Below, piece by piece: positions 9,379 through 19,559 of a DNA stretch of 64,000 nt (the first letter of the stretch is position 1; the number at the start of each line of letters is the position of its first letter). The stretch lies in assembly GCA_015064185.1 (NCBI GenBank), contig SVSS01000004.1, positions 7,347 to 71,346 on the forward strand, in the 5' to 3' direction. Below the pieces are notes generated by a model. It had not been told where the DNA came from and made no database searches. It worked only from the letters and a program-made list of their open reading frames with translations. The position numbers and the translations under genes were made by a program. This stretch comes from Oscillospiraceae bacterium. GTDB taxonomy: Bacteria; Bacillota; Clostridia; Oscillospirales; CAG-272.

Positions 9379-10468
9379 ATTTTCTTGCTGTAAGCCGCAT
9401 GATATCCTCAAGGATAGATCGATTGGCATCGGGGTGAGCAAAGGCTTTGACTCGCTCTTCTATTTCCCTTCGCTTCTCCTTGCTTTCAAGCAGATCGACC
9501 ACGGTTTCTCTCAGCCGCTCTGCAATTTCATGCTCCTCTATGAGAACCGCTGCGCCCTGACGGCTAAGCGCCTGCGCGTTTTTCAACTGATGATCTCCCG
9601 TTACGTTCGGCGAGGGCACAAGCACCGCGGCACGCCCCGCCATAGCAATTTCACTGATACTCATAGCCCCCGCGCGGCAAATCACCACCGTTGCCTCGCG
9701 CATGCGGCGCGGCATATCGGATATAAACGGCAAGATCTCAAGTCGCTTATCCCCGGCAAGTCCACGCGCCGCAAGCTCCCTTGAAAAGGGCTCCCATTCG
9801 CGCTTGCCCGTGGCATGCACGTGATACACGTTCTCCATATGGCGCGTTTGCTCCATCAGCTGCAGCACCGCCTCATTGATCGCAGGTGCGCCAAGGCTCC
9901 CCCCAAAGGAAAGCACGATCCTTTTATGCGCCTGCTCTCGCTTCTCCTGCCTCTGCGTGCAAAACCCGCGCGGTAACGGATTGCCAACAGTAAGGCAGGA
10001 AACCTTTTTAGGTAAATGCTCCCTTGCCGCCTCAAAGCCAAGCCAAACGCGTGAAAGCCTTGATGCAAGCATGCGCACAGCAAGCCCCGGCAGGGCGTTG
10101 GATTCGTGCACGGCGGTAGGAATACCGCGCGAGATAGCGGCGGAAAGCGCAGGATAACAGGCATAGCTACCCGTGCCGATCACGATATCAGGGGCAAACG
10201 CATCTATAATTTCCTTTGCTCCCTTTACCGCCTTTCTTAAGAGATGCACCGTGTGAAAAACTGCCATTGGATTTTTACGTGAAAGCCCCACCACCTCAAG
10301 CGTGCGTATGAGATATCCCGCATCCTTTACCAGCGTGTTTTCCATGCCGCCATCGGTGCCCACAAACAGGATCTCACACCCACTCACATTGCTTTTAATA
10401 AGATCTGCAATGGCGATAGCGGGCGTAATATGTCCGCCCGTGCCGCCGCAAGTGATCATAACTTTCAT
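9377..10468 (-). CDS. murG: Undecaprenyldiphospho-muramoylpentapeptide beta-N-acetylglucosaminyltransferase MurG
   Basis: N-terminus MKVMITCGGTGGHITPAIAIA. Position in the dcw cluster. 4-nt overlap with the ftsW stop. Confidence 0.93.
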   Translation of the reverse strand: MKVMITCGGTGGHITPAIAIADLIKSNVSGCEILFVGTDGGMENTLVKDAGYLIRTLEVVGLSRKNPMAVFHTVHLLRKAVKGAKEIIDAFAPDIVIGTGSYACYPALSAAISRGIPTAVHESNALPGLAVRMLASRLSRVWLGFEAAREHLPKKVSCLTVGNPLPRGFCTQRQEKREQAHKRIVLSFGGSLGAPAINEAVLQLMEQTRHMENVYHVHATGKREWEPFSRELAARGLAGDKRLEILPFISDMPRRMREATVVICRAGAMSISEIAMAGRAAVLVPSPNVTGDHQLKNAQALSRQGAAVLIEEHEIAERLRETVVDLLESKEKRREIEERVKAFAHPDANRSILEDIMRLTARK

Positions 10469-11655
10469 TTCTTTCTCCCCGTGCTGTATCTTGATATCGA
10501 AAGCACGATCCCCATTTCAAAAATTTGTATAGCAAGAAAGGTACCGCCCGAGCTGAAAAAAGGCAAGGAAACGCCTGTATTTGGCATAGAATTGGTCACA
10601 ACAGCTATATTAAGCGCCGCTTGCAAGGCAAGCTTTAGTGAGATGCCAAACACAGCAAGTGAGGAGAATTTATCGGGCGCGTGCGAGGCGATGTAAAAGC
10701 CGCGCAGCACCAAAAGCAAGAAAAGCACGATCACACAAAGCGCCCCAAAAAAGCCAAGCTCCTCACAAATAACAGTAAAAATAAAATCGTTTTGCGGCTG
10801 TGACACATATCCGTGCTTTTGCAGCCCCTCACCAAAGCCCTTGCCAAACAGCCCGCCCGAGCCAATGGCATACAGCCCCTGCAAAGTCTGCCATGCGGCG
10901 CCAAGCGGATCGACCTCCTCAATATGTAGCCAAGTATCAACACGCACCTGTGCGTATGAGGAAACCAGAACCAAAAGCACGCCTGCCGCCCCCACCGCCG
11001 CCGCCATGATCCCAAGATATTTCAGGCGTGTGCCGCCAAGAAACATAACGGCAACGCCGATCATACCGATGATCAAAAGCCCCGAAATATGCTTTTCAGC
11101 AGCCACCAGCAAGCAAACAGCCCCCATCAGTGCCCCCGGCAAAAGCACGCCGTAAAGAAAGCTGCCGCCACGCGGCTTGGTGGATGTGATCTTATCCTCA
11201 TATTTCGTCATCACAAGCGCAAGCATTAAAATGAGAGCAAGCTTGGCGACCTCCGAGGGTTGGATGGTAAGCGGACCGATCACGAGCCAGCGCTGTGCGC
11301 CACCCCCTACCGTACCGATAAGGAGCACAAGTATCAAAAGCGATAGCGCCCCCGCATATAGCGCTACACCAAATCCGCGCCAAAAATCAGGCGTTGTGCA
11401 AAGCACAAAGGGTGCTGTCACAGCAACTGAGAGGATTGCAAACAATATATAACGCTTAAGAAAGTACAGGCTGTCACCGTAAAATTGCGCACCGTAGACC
11501 GCGCTTGCACTGTAAGACATAGCTGTGCCGAAGGCAAGCATCAGCAAAACAAGCGCGAGAAAGTAAAAATCAATGCCGCCCCTTTGCTGTCGGTCCGCGG
11601 GGGGTGCCTGCTCCGCTTCACCAAAGCGCAAAAGGATATCCCTCACTCTTTTCAT
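10465..11655 (-). CDS. ftsW: SEDS-family peptidoglycan glycosyltransferase (FtsW/SpoVE type)
   Basis: Multi-pass membrane protein containing the FtsW/RodA/SpoVE-type motif NSMPNTGVSLPFFSSGGT. Located between mraY and murG. Confidence 0.9.
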   Translation of the reverse strand: MKRVRDILLRFGEAEQAPPADRQQRGGIDFYFLALVLLMLAFGTAMSYSASAVYGAQFYGDSLYFLKRYILFAILSVAVTAPFVLCTTPDFWRGFGVALYAGALSLLILVLLIGTVGGGAQRWLVIGPLTIQPSEVAKLALILMLALVMTKYEDKITSTKPRGGSFLYGVLLPGALMGAVCLLVAAEKHISGLLIIGMIGVAVMFLGGTRLKYLGIMAAAVGAAGVLLVLVSSYAQVRVDTWLHIEEVDPLGAAWQTLQGLYAIGSGGLFGKGFGEGLQKHGYVSQPQNDFIFTVICEELGFFGALCVIVLFLLLVLRGFYIASHAPDKFSSLAVFGISLKLALQAALNIAVVTNSMPNTGVSLPFFSSGGTFLAIQIFEMGIVLSISRYSTGRKK

Positions 11656-11658
11656 CTG

Positions 11659-12654
11659 CTATCCTCCCCAAAGCATCAGTGCCCCGCACAGCACCGCAAC
11701 AGCAGCAAAGATGCACACAATAGCATTTTCCGAAAGCCCGCGCTTTTCAAAATGATGATGCAAGGGCGCCATTAAAAAAAGGCGCTTGCCGTTTGTAGCC
11801 TTAAAATAAAGCACCTGCAGCACTACACTTGCCGCTTCTATCACATAAACACCACCCATGCCAAGCACCGTTAAGGGGCGCGCCGTCATAAGCCCCACGC
11901 CTGCAACGATCCCGCCGAAAAAAAGCGACCCCGTATCCCCCATAAAAACCTTTGCCGGGTGATGATTAAACACCAAAAAGCCGATCGACATGCCAAGCAG
12001 AAGGACCCCGAAAAGGGAGAACGTCCCCTCCCCCACAGCACTGCCGTAAAGCAGAAAAAATGCGGCAAGAACTGCCACAGTTCCGCTGAGCAAGCCGTCA
12101 AGACCATCTGTGAGATTAAGGGCATTTACAATGCCCGTTAAAAACAGAAGCGCTAAGGGATAGTAAAAAAAGCCAAGTTCAAGCGATTTTTCTGTAAACG
12201 GAACATCTATTGCGGTATCAACAAACCCAAGATAGCGTGCCGTAAACAAAAAACCTGCGGCAACAACAAGCTGCAGAAAATACTTTTGCGGTGCCGAAAG
12301 CCCTTGATTTTCCTTTTTTACGAGTTTTTTATAATCATCAATAAATCCCACTGCGCCGCAAAGCGTTGCAAATAATATAATAAGCACAATTGAAGCAAGC
12401 CGTTCCTGCTCACCGTGCCGAAGCAGCAGTAAGGCATAAAGCAAAAACACAGTGAGCAGCGCCATAATAAAGCTAAGCCCGCCCATGGTGGGCGTACCCT
12501 GCTTTGACATATGCCAAACGGGCCCGATCTTAAGGATCGGTTGTCCCGCACGGTAGCGACGCAGCACGGGGATCAGAACACTTGCATAGATCATTGTAAA
12601 GAGCAGCACCGCCATAAAAAGTGCTGTATACGTGAGAATATCCTCGGTTTTCAT
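11659..12654 (-). CDS. mraY: Phospho-N-acetylmuramoyl-pentapeptide transferase MraY
   Basis: MraY motifs NLTDGLDGL, FMGDTGSL and APLHHHFE. dcw context. Confidence 0.95.
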   Translation of the reverse strand: MKTEDILTYTALFMAVLLFTMIYASVLIPVLRRYRAGQPILKIGPVWHMSKQGTPTMGGLSFIMALLTVFLLYALLLLRHGEQERLASIVLIILFATLCGAVGFIDDYKKLVKKENQGLSAPQKYFLQLVVAAGFLFTARYLGFVDTAIDVPFTEKSLELGFFYYPLALLFLTGIVNALNLTDGLDGLLSGTVAVLAAFFLLYGSAVGEGTFSLFGVLLLGMSIGFLVFNHHPAKVFMGDTGSLFFGGIVAGVGLMTARPLTVLGMGGVYVIEAASVVLQVLYFKATNGKRLFLMAPLHHHFEKRGLSENAIVCIFAAVAVLCGALMLWGG

Positions 12655-14048
12655 AGTTCCCTCCCAAGCGCTTCGATCACACGCTCCAAAGCCGTTTTTC
12701 GACTTGCCTTAAACAAGACTGTAGCCCCACGCGGCACCACCCTCAGCAGCTCTGCCACAAGCTCCTGCTCGCCGCCAAAAGGAAAGGCATGCACACGCTG
12801 CGGTGGCATACCGCCCCGCAAAGCCCCCTTTGCCATGACCTCGCTGTAATTGCCGTAAGTAAATAGCTCTGAAATGCCGCTGTGTGCGGCACACTCTCCC
12901 ACTGCATCGTGCAGTGTGTCGGCAAGCATGCCAAGCTCTCCCATATCCCCGAGAACTGCAGCACACGCTCCTTTGCTAAGATAAGCAAGCGTTTCGAGTG
13001 CCGTAACCATTGCCTCGGGAGAAGCATTATAGGTATCATCGATCACGTGCATGCCTGCAATTTGCAGCATTTTCATGCGCGGTGAGTGCTGTGCAGCCTG
13101 TAAAAGCCCTGACCTGACCGCCTCATCGGATAACCCGAAAAGGATGCCCACAGCGCCACCGATTGCAAGACATGACATGCCAATACTACCGGGAATATGC
13201 CATTTTAGCCCCGTTATACTGCGCTCACCGTGCCAAAGGTCGGCACACACACCTTTTTTGCCGTTGATAATATTTTTCAGTTGAAAATCCGCACCCTCGC
13301 CAGCCCCAACACGCATCATGCGTGAGTGTACCCCCAAGCACGCATCATGGGGGATGCTGTCGGCAAGCAAAAAAATATCTTCGCCGCGTTGCCCTACGGA
13401 AAGCTTTAGCTTCTCTTGAAGCAGCTCTTTTGCATCAGCAAAATGACCGATATGCGCTGAGCCCACATTGGTAAGCACGGCAAGTTCGGGGGCAAGCATC
13501 TTTGCAAGAGGCTCCATTTCCCCCGCGTGATTGATGCCCACCTCCAAAACAAAGTAGTCGGCATCCTCCATTTGAAGCAAAGAAAGCGGCATGCCTACGG
13601 TACTGTTAAAATTCCCCTCGCTTTTTCTCACCGTTCCCGCTTTTAAAAGCAACGATGCTATGATCTCCTTAACGGTCGTTTTTCCCGTGCTGCCGCTTAC
13701 CGCCACCACCCTTGCTTTAGTAAGCCGTCGACGCATCCCTGCCGCCAAAAGCAGTGCCCTTTCTATATTTTTCACGCGCAACACCCAATAGTTGCCCCCT
13801 AAGGGGGGCAGTTCCTGCTCGGTCAGCACGGCGACGGCACCTCGTGACAGCGCCTCGGCAACAAAATCATTACCGCTATATCGCGCACCGCTAAGGGCTA
13901 CAAACAGATCTCCCGCCTGCAATTCCTTGGTGTGCGTTGCAATACCGCTAATTTTCACGGGCGGCGTGCCTATGGCAACGGGTATTGAGCCAAGTGCCGC
14001 CGAAAGCGTACCAACCTCCTGCATAGGGGTAGTCAGCGAGATCCTCAT
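12651..14048 (-). CDS. murF: UDP-N-acetylmuramoyl-tripeptide--D-alanyl-D-alanine ligase MurF
   Basis: Mur ligase P-loop VSGSTGKTT. dcw position. Start set at the ATG at 14048, preceded by GGAGGAG and abutting the murE stop. Confidence 0.9.
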   Translation of the reverse strand: MRISLTTPMQEVGTLSAALGSIPVAIGTPPVKISGIATHTKELQAGDLFVALSGARYSGNDFVAEALSRGAVAVLTEQELPPLGGNYWVLRVKNIERALLLAAGMRRRLTKARVVAVSGSTGKTTVKEIIASLLLKAGTVRKSEGNFNSTVGMPLSLLQMEDADYFVLEVGINHAGEMEPLAKMLAPELAVLTNVGSAHIGHFADAKELLQEKLKLSVGQRGEDIFLLADSIPHDACLGVHSRMMRVGAGEGADFQLKNIINGKKGVCADLWHGERSITGLKWHIPGSIGMSCLAIGGAVGILFGLSDEAVRSGLLQAAQHSPRMKMLQIAGMHVIDDTYNASPEAMVTALETLAYLSKGACAAVLGDMGELGMLADTLHDAVGECAAHSGISELFTYGNYSEVMAKGALRGGMPPQRVHAFPFGGEQELVAELLRVVPRGATVLFKASRKTALERVIEALGREL

Positions 14049-15514
14049 AGAGATTGCTCCTCCACTTTCCTTGCCATACACGCGGCAACGATCTCTCTTT
14101 CTGAAAACGGCAAGCGATAGCGCCCCTTTATTTCATATTCCTCGTGCCCCTTGCCCGCAAGCAGCAAAATATCGCCCCGTACCGCAGTATCCACAGCAAA
14201 TGCGATCGCTTCTCGCCGATCTGCAATTATTTTATACGGTTTTTCCTTATCTATACCCTTTAAAATATCTGCAATGATCGCGTTTGGATCCTCACCGCGG
14301 GCATTATCCGACGTAACGATCGTAAGATCGGCAAGCCGCGAGGCTATTCTGCCCATTTTACGGCGCTTAGTACGGTCGCGATTGCCGCCACAGCCAAACA
14401 GTAAAATAATGCGCTGATCGGCACGTCGAAACCTCCGCACGGTAAGCAGCAGCTTTTCGAGTGCATCAGGCGTGTGCGCATAATCAAGAAAAACGCTGAT
14501 ACCAAGCGTGTTTTCCCCTACACGCTCCATACGCCCCCGCACGCCGCCAAACGCGGCAAGGGCGCTTTTTACCGTTTCACCGTCAATGCCAAGAGAAAGC
14601 GCTGACATAGCGGCAAGTGCCGCATTTTCCACACTGAAATCCCCCGGCACAGGCAAAAAAATATCAAGCGTGCCGTGCGCCCCCTCAAGTGAAAAGGAAA
14701 CACCGCTGTCACCGTTTGCCACAACAGAGCGCACGTTGCTTCTGCCAACTGTAAAAAAGGGCACCTCAAGGCTATCGGCAAGCCGCTGTCCATAGGGTCC
14801 AAACAAGGAGATCACACCCATGTCACATTGCGCAAAAAGCTTTCTTTTTTCAAGATAATACGTCATCATATCACCGTGCAGATCAAGATGATCCGGCGTT
14901 AGATTGGTAAAAACAGCGCGCGCAAACCGAAGTGGCGCTGTTTTTTCAAAAAAGAGCGCGTGCGAGGTCACCTCCATCACAACAAACGAAGCGCCCATAC
15001 GCCGCATCTCGGCAAGCAGTCGGTAAAGCTCCGCGGGATCGGGCGTGGTAAGATTGGCAAGCTTATCTGCATTTTCCGCCACCAATACTTCTCCACAGCA
15101 GGTGGCGTTTACAGTACCGATCATGCCGCATTTGTATCCCGCCGCCTCAAGCACAGCCACAAGCATAGCGGCCGTTGAGGTTTTGCCGTTTGTGCCCGTA
15201 ATGCCGATAAGGGTAAGATCGCGCGCAGGATGACCGTACCACGCATCAAAGAGCCTTGCTAAGGCTGCGCGCGCATTCTCAACCAAAAGCATGGGAACAC
15301 CCATTGCGCGCCGTTCGGCAACCACAAAGGCAGCTCCCCTTGACAGCGCCTCTCCAATATGTAAAAAGCCGTCTTGTGAAAGCCCTTTGATTGCAACGAA
15401 CAGATCACCCGGCTTCACACACCTCGAATCTGATGTAATACCGCAGATCTCAATATCGTTATCCTTTTCCTCGGCACTATACCCTGCCAAGGAAAGCAAC
15501 TCCTTCAGTAGCAT
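14045..15514 (-). CDS. murE: UDP-N-acetylmuramoyl-L-alanyl-D-glutamate--2,6-diaminopimelate ligase MurE
   Basis: GITGTNGKTS P-loop. DNAR (DNPR-like) motif TSDNARGEDP suggests the meso-DAP type. Confidence 0.92.
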   Translation of the reverse strand: MLLKELLSLAGYSAEEKDNDIEICGITSDSRCVKPGDLFVAIKGLSQDGFLHIGEALSRGAAFVVAERRAMGVPMLLVENARAALARLFDAWYGHPARDLTLIGITGTNGKTSTAAMLVAVLEAAGYKCGMIGTVNATCCGEVLVAENADKLANLTTPDPAELYRLLAEMRRMGASFVVMEVTSHALFFEKTAPLRFARAVFTNLTPDHLDLHGDMMTYYLEKRKLFAQCDMGVISLFGPYGQRLADSLEVPFFTVGRSNVRSVVANGDSGVSFSLEGAHGTLDIFLPVPGDFSVENAALAAMSALSLGIDGETVKSALAAFGGVRGRMERVGENTLGISVFLDYAHTPDALEKLLLTVRRFRRADQRIILLFGCGGNRDRTKRRKMGRIASRLADLTIVTSDNARGEDPNAIIADILKGIDKEKPYKIIADRREAIAFAVDTAVRGDILLLAGKGHEEYEIKGRYRLPFSEREIVAACMARKVEEQSL

Positions 15515-15524
15515 GACTTACCTC

Positions 15525-17762
15525 CTATTCCTTCTTTTGATCATACGGAAAACAAACCGTAACAGCAGTACCAAGGGGCACAACTGTCCCCGCAGCCGGA
15601 TACTGTGTCGAAACGATTTTATCAACCTTGAAATAATCCTTTGCGCCTTCGACCGTGATATTAAAGCCGCTGTTGAGCAAAAGCTGATTTGCCGCACTCG
15701 CGGTAAGACCCACTACGTTTGGCACTGCCGCCTCAAGGCTCTTTTTTGCCTCGCCAAGCGTGAGCACCAACGAGGCGCCCTCCTGCAGAACCTTACTGCC
15801 TGCGGCGGGGATCTGTGCAGTAACGGTATCCCCCTCGCCCACAATCTGATAGGAAAAGCCAAGCTCCGAAAGCGTTTTTTCTGCCGCGGAAATACCGTAT
15901 CCCATGCAATTGGGCACGGTAACGGTAAGATTTTCACGCTCCTGTTCGGTGTAAACAGGCTCAACGCCAAGATAAGGCAAGACCGCTTCAAATACGTTGC
16001 CCACATAAGGCGCTGCCACCGCGCTACCGTATTTCACGGCACAGGTCGGCTCATCAACAACAATGATCACTGCAATTTCAGGATCATCAGCCGGCGCAAA
16101 GCCCACGCAAGAGCCGATACGGGCGCTCTTGTCATCGCCTATCTTTTCCGAGGTGCCTGTTTTTGCCGCCACGCGGTAGCCTGCCACGTAAGCGTTTTTA
16201 GCGCCGCCCTCACCCGAAACGCCGCCCTCCAGGATCTCGGCGATCGTATTTGCCGTTTCTTCACTGATGACACGTCTTTTTACTTTAGTTTCATGGCGGT
16301 AGACCTCATTTCCGTCAGCATCGGTAATGCTTTCCACTACGTAAGGAGTCAACAGCTCACCACCGTTGGCAATGGCAGAGATCGCCGTGATCATTTGCAG
16401 GATCGACACCTTAAAGTTCTGTCCAAACGACGCTGTTGCAAGATCAAGCTCGGTAAAATTTGATTCGGCATGAAAAATAGAATTCCCCTCACCCGGCAAA
16501 TCAATGCCTGTTTTTTCAAGCATGCCAAAAGAGCTGACGTACTGATAAAAGCATTTCGTGCCAATGCGCGCTGAGATCGTCATCATCACGGGATTACAGG
16601 AATTTTGCAGTCCCTGTGTAAAGGTCAAGCTACCATGGCCGCCTACCTTGTGACAATGGATCAAACGATCTGCCACAGCAAGCGCTCCGCTGCAAAAAAA
16701 GTGCTCCTCAAGATCGGTAACGGCATCCTCCTCAAGAACCATGGAGCAGGTAAGCGCCTTAAAGGTAGATCCCGGCATATAGATCTCGGTTACCGCCTTG
16801 TTTGACCAGCTTTCAAGCAGCAATGCATTTTTGCTTTTGGTATATTCCTCGGTGCCTTCCCGTAACCCCAAAGCCTTTAGCTCTGCCTCGGCGTACTCGT
16901 TTAATGTAAATGGGTCATTAAGATCAAACGTAGGGGCAGTTGCCATGGCAAGGATAGCACCTGTATTGACGTTCATGACAATGCCGCAAACGCGGTTGGC
17001 AGCACCGCTTTCGATCATGGTTTTTTCAAGCTGATTCTCAAGTACCGACTGCACGTAGGCGTCAATGGTAGTATGAAGCGTGCCGCCGTCGGTTGCGGGC
17101 ACATATGCCTCATAGTTATTGGGAAGCTCGTTACCCGTAGAATCTCTTGCCGTAATATACGAGCCAGCAACACCCGCAAGTGCCGTATTGTATTGGAGTT
17201 CAAGCCCATAAAGCCCCTGCCCATCACTGCCTGTAAAGCCAAGCACCTGTGCGGCAAGGCTTTCGTAGGGATAATAACGGTCACTCACTGCCTCCACGGC
17301 GATCATATCATAAAATCCATGCTCACCAACAAATTGCAGCACAGCGTTGGCGGTTACGGTATCGGCTTCCTTAAGCACAGTGCGGATCAATTCCCCTTTG
17401 TGTGATATGTGCTCATATACCTTTTCCTCACTTACTCCCTCCAACAAGGAAGAAAGACCCTGTGCAATCGTATTGGCAACCTCCTCCTGCGCCTTTGCTA
17501 TAACGCTGGGATAAATTGAGATACGGTAAACGGTACGGTTGGTTGCCAGCACACGTCCTGCGGCGTCCAAAATCTCACCCCGTGCCGCACGCACAGGTGA
17601 TTCGGTGGTTAATTGATCGACCACCTTTTTTTGATAGCGCTCAAAATCAAAGAATTGAATCAAAAAGATGCGCACCGTTAAAAACAAAAACACCACAAGC
17701 AAAAATGCCGCTACCACCGAGGAGCGCTTTAATGTTTTGATGGAAAGCCCCGTTTTTTTCAT
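15525..17762 (-). CDS. Class B penicillin-binding protein (PBP2B/SpoVD type) with two C-terminal PASTA domains
   Basis: N-terminal transmembrane anchor. Transpeptidase motifs STFK, SCN and KTGT. Two PASTA-like repeats at the C-terminus. Confidence 0.9.
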   Translation of the reverse strand: MKKTGLSIKTLKRSSVVAAFLLVVFLFLTVRIFLIQFFDFERYQKKVVDQLTTESPVRAARGEILDAAGRVLATNRTVYRISIYPSVIAKAQEEVANTIAQGLSSLLEGVSEEKVYEHISHKGELIRTVLKEADTVTANAVLQFVGEHGFYDMIAVEAVSDRYYPYESLAAQVLGFTGSDGQGLYGLELQYNTALAGVAGSYITARDSTGNELPNNYEAYVPATDGGTLHTTIDAYVQSVLENQLEKTMIESGAANRVCGIVMNVNTGAILAMATAPTFDLNDPFTLNEYAEAELKALGLREGTEEYTKSKNALLLESWSNKAVTEIYMPGSTFKALTCSMVLEEDAVTDLEEHFFCSGALAVADRLIHCHKVGGHGSLTFTQGLQNSCNPVMMTISARIGTKCFYQYVSSFGMLEKTGIDLPGEGNSIFHAESNFTELDLATASFGQNFKVSILQMITAISAIANGGELLTPYVVESITDADGNEVYRHETKVKRRVISEETANTIAEILEGGVSGEGGAKNAYVAGYRVAAKTGTSEKIGDDKSARIGSCVGFAPADDPEIAVIIVVDEPTCAVKYGSAVAAPYVGNVFEAVLPYLGVEPVYTEQERENLTVTVPNCMGYGISAAEKTLSELGFSYQIVGEGDTVTAQIPAAGSKVLQEGASLVLTLGEAKKSLEAAVPNVVGLTASAANQLLLNSGFNITVEGAKDYFKVDKIVSTQYPAAGTVVPLGTAVTVCFPYDQKKE

Positions 17763-17804
17763 TTTTAGCCCCTTTAAATAAAAAAATCCACATCAAGAAA
17801 GAAT

Positions 17805-17841
17805 GGGCGCCGAGATCCGCCACAAACGGATCTCGGCGCCC
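17805..17841 (-). terminator. Strong intra-operon hairpin between the ftsL-position gene and the PBP gene (attenuator or processing/stability element)
   Basis: Perfect 15-bp GC-rich stem GGGCGCCGAGATCCG/CGGATCTCGGCGCCC with a 7-nt loop. On the minus strand it is followed by ATTCTTTCTTGATGTGGATTTTTTTATTT, and the PBP RBS lies only about 35 nt beyond. Confidence 0.5.
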
Positions 17842-17901
17842 AAGATGGCGACGGTTGCCGCTCATCTTCATTCTATTCTTGATATGGAATTTTTAGACCT
17901 T

Positions 17902-18582
17902 TTACCAAAGATATGCCAGCGCACGCAAAAATGCATCCATACCATTCTGCTTTTGCTCTACCTGATAAACCTCGGTAACATTCTCGTTGGCACAGGCAAG
18001 ATATGCCGCTGAAGCACCTTCTGCTTCTCCCCCATCATCAAAGGAGGAAACGGCTTGCACCTGCTCGCTTTGAGCAAGCTGCAGCTCAGTTGCCGCAACG
18101 TCTGCCTCGCTGCGCTCAAGCATAACACCCGAAGCGCCAAGCAATACAACAGACAAAATAAGCATAAACGCAAACATCATGTTGACAAGCACCATGTGCC
18201 CACGCGAAAAACGCATACGGCAATTCAGCGCCATACCGCCCTGTCTTGCCTTTTCGCTTCTTTGCTTTTTGGCAAGCTCGCAGCTCTTTTCTGCCTTTTT
18301 TGCGGCATTGGAAAGCGCCTGGCGCATAGCGCCAATACGATCGCTGCCACCGTAACGTCTATTGAAATAATCTACAAGATCGCCTGAGGTAAGGCTAACG
18401 CCACCATCGGGCTCATCGTGCAAATAATAAAACTCTGCAATATTTGAAGTGGGAGTATGATCAACGGCTCTTCCCCGAAGCGCCTTTTGCGTGCGATCAT
18501 GGTAACGGCTGCGCAGTGCTTCGAATTGTTGCTTGTAATCATCTTGGAAATATACCTTATCGTACACCTGTGCTTGGTTCAT
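17902..18582 (-). CDS. Single-pass membrane protein at the ftsL position of the dcw cluster (function unassigned)
   Basis: 226 aa: about 130 cytoplasmic residues, one transmembrane segment (MVLVNMMFAFMLILSVVLLGASGVML), and a short extracellular tail. Only synteny links it to FtsL. Confidence 0.55.
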   Translation of the reverse strand: MNQAQVYDKVYFQDDYKQQFEALRSRYHDRTQKALRGRAVDHTPTSNIAEFYYLHDEPDGGVSLTSGDLVDYFNRRYGGSDRIGAMRQALSNAAKKAEKSCELAKKQRSEKARQGGMALNCRMRFSRGHMVLVNMMFAFMLILSVVLLGASGVMLERSEADVAATELQLAQSEQVQAVSSFDDGGEAEGASAAYLACANENVTEVYQVEQKQNGMDAFLRALAYLW

Positions 18583-18619
18583 GATGCAGCCTCCTTTTCT
18601 TTGATTTCTTTTACACAGT

Positions 18620-19558
18620 TTAAAGCTTTTCGGCTATGCGGAGCTTAGCGCTGCGTGAGCGCGGATTTTCCGCAAGCTCGGCTTCACTCGGCAAAATTGG
18701 TTTTTTGGTGATCACCTTTACCGTCGGTTGATTGCCGCAAACGCAGATCGGCAAGCTCTTGGGGCATTTGCAGCCCTCAGCAAGCTCAGCAAAGGTCTGC
18801 TTTACAATGCGATCCTCAAGTGAATGGAAGGTAATAACTGCCAACCGTCCACCCTTATTCATACGGGAAATTGCACTTTTCAGTGCGGGAACAATGGCAT
18901 CGAGCTCTCCATTTACCTCAATGCGTATTGCTTGGAAGGAACGCTTAGCGGGGTGATGCCCGCCCTCACGTGCTGCCGCCGGCATTGCGCTCTTAATGAG
19001 CTCGGATAACTCACGCGTGGTTGCAATCGGCGCCTTAGCTCTTTGCTCCACAATTTTTTTTGCGATACGGGCAGAGAACTTTTCCTCACCGTAGGTGAAA
19101 AGAATGTGCTTTAGCTCCTCTTCCGAATAGGTGTTTACCACCGTATATGCAGTTTTTTCCGAGCGGCGATCCATTCGCATATCAAGCGGTGCATCCGCTT
19201 GGTAGGAAAAGCCGCGCTCAGCGGTGTCAAGCTGATGAGAGGAAACGCCAAGATCAAGAAGCATGCCGTCGATCTTGTCGATCCCGAGTGCATCAAGCAC
19301 ACTAGCCACCTCGGAAAAATTACTGCGATATACGGTTGCGCGCTCTGAAAAGGGGGAAAGTCGCGCAGTAGCAGCGGCGATTGCCGCCGCATCACGGTCA
19401 ATGGCAATTAATCTTCCGTTTTTTAAATGCTTTGCTATATGAAAGGAATGTCCGCCACCGCCTGCGGTGCCGTCAACATAAATGCCGTTTTCACGAATGG
19501 CAAGCCCTTCAATACATTCATCAAGTAATACTGAACGGTGAGAAAACTCCTGTGACAT
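18620..19558 (-). CDS. rsmH: 16S rRNA (cytosine1402-N4)-methyltransferase RsmH
   Basis: [23 protein letters not shown] and the [10 protein letters not shown] motif. Start at the ATG at 19558, immediately after the mraZ stop. Confidence 0.93.
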   Translation of the reverse strand: MSQEFSHRSVLLDECIEGLAIRENGIYVDGTAGGGGHSFHIAKHLKNGRLIAIDRDAAAIAAATARLSPFSERATVYRSNFSEVASVLDALGIDKIDGMLLDLGVSSHQLDTAERGFSYQADAPLDMRMDRRSEKTAYTVVNTYSEEELKHILFTYGEEKFSARIAKKIVEQRAKAPIATTRELSELIKSAMPAAAREGGHHPAKRSFQAIRIEVNGELDAIVPALKSAISRMNKGGRLAVITFHSLEDRIVKQTFAELAEGCKCPKSLPICVCGNQPTVKVITKKPILPSEAELAENPRSRSAKLRIAEKL

Positions 19559-19559
19559 A

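Noticed and set aside
15291-16463. 390-aa ORF antisense to murE and the PBP gene. Similar long antisense ORFs occur at 883-1785, 22678-23700, 26663-27697, 29321-30304, 42995-44059, 56391-57035, 58841-59500 and 60636-61577.
   Set aside because: Every one is embedded in a gene with clear family motifs on the other strand. None has a plausible RBS or recognisable motif.
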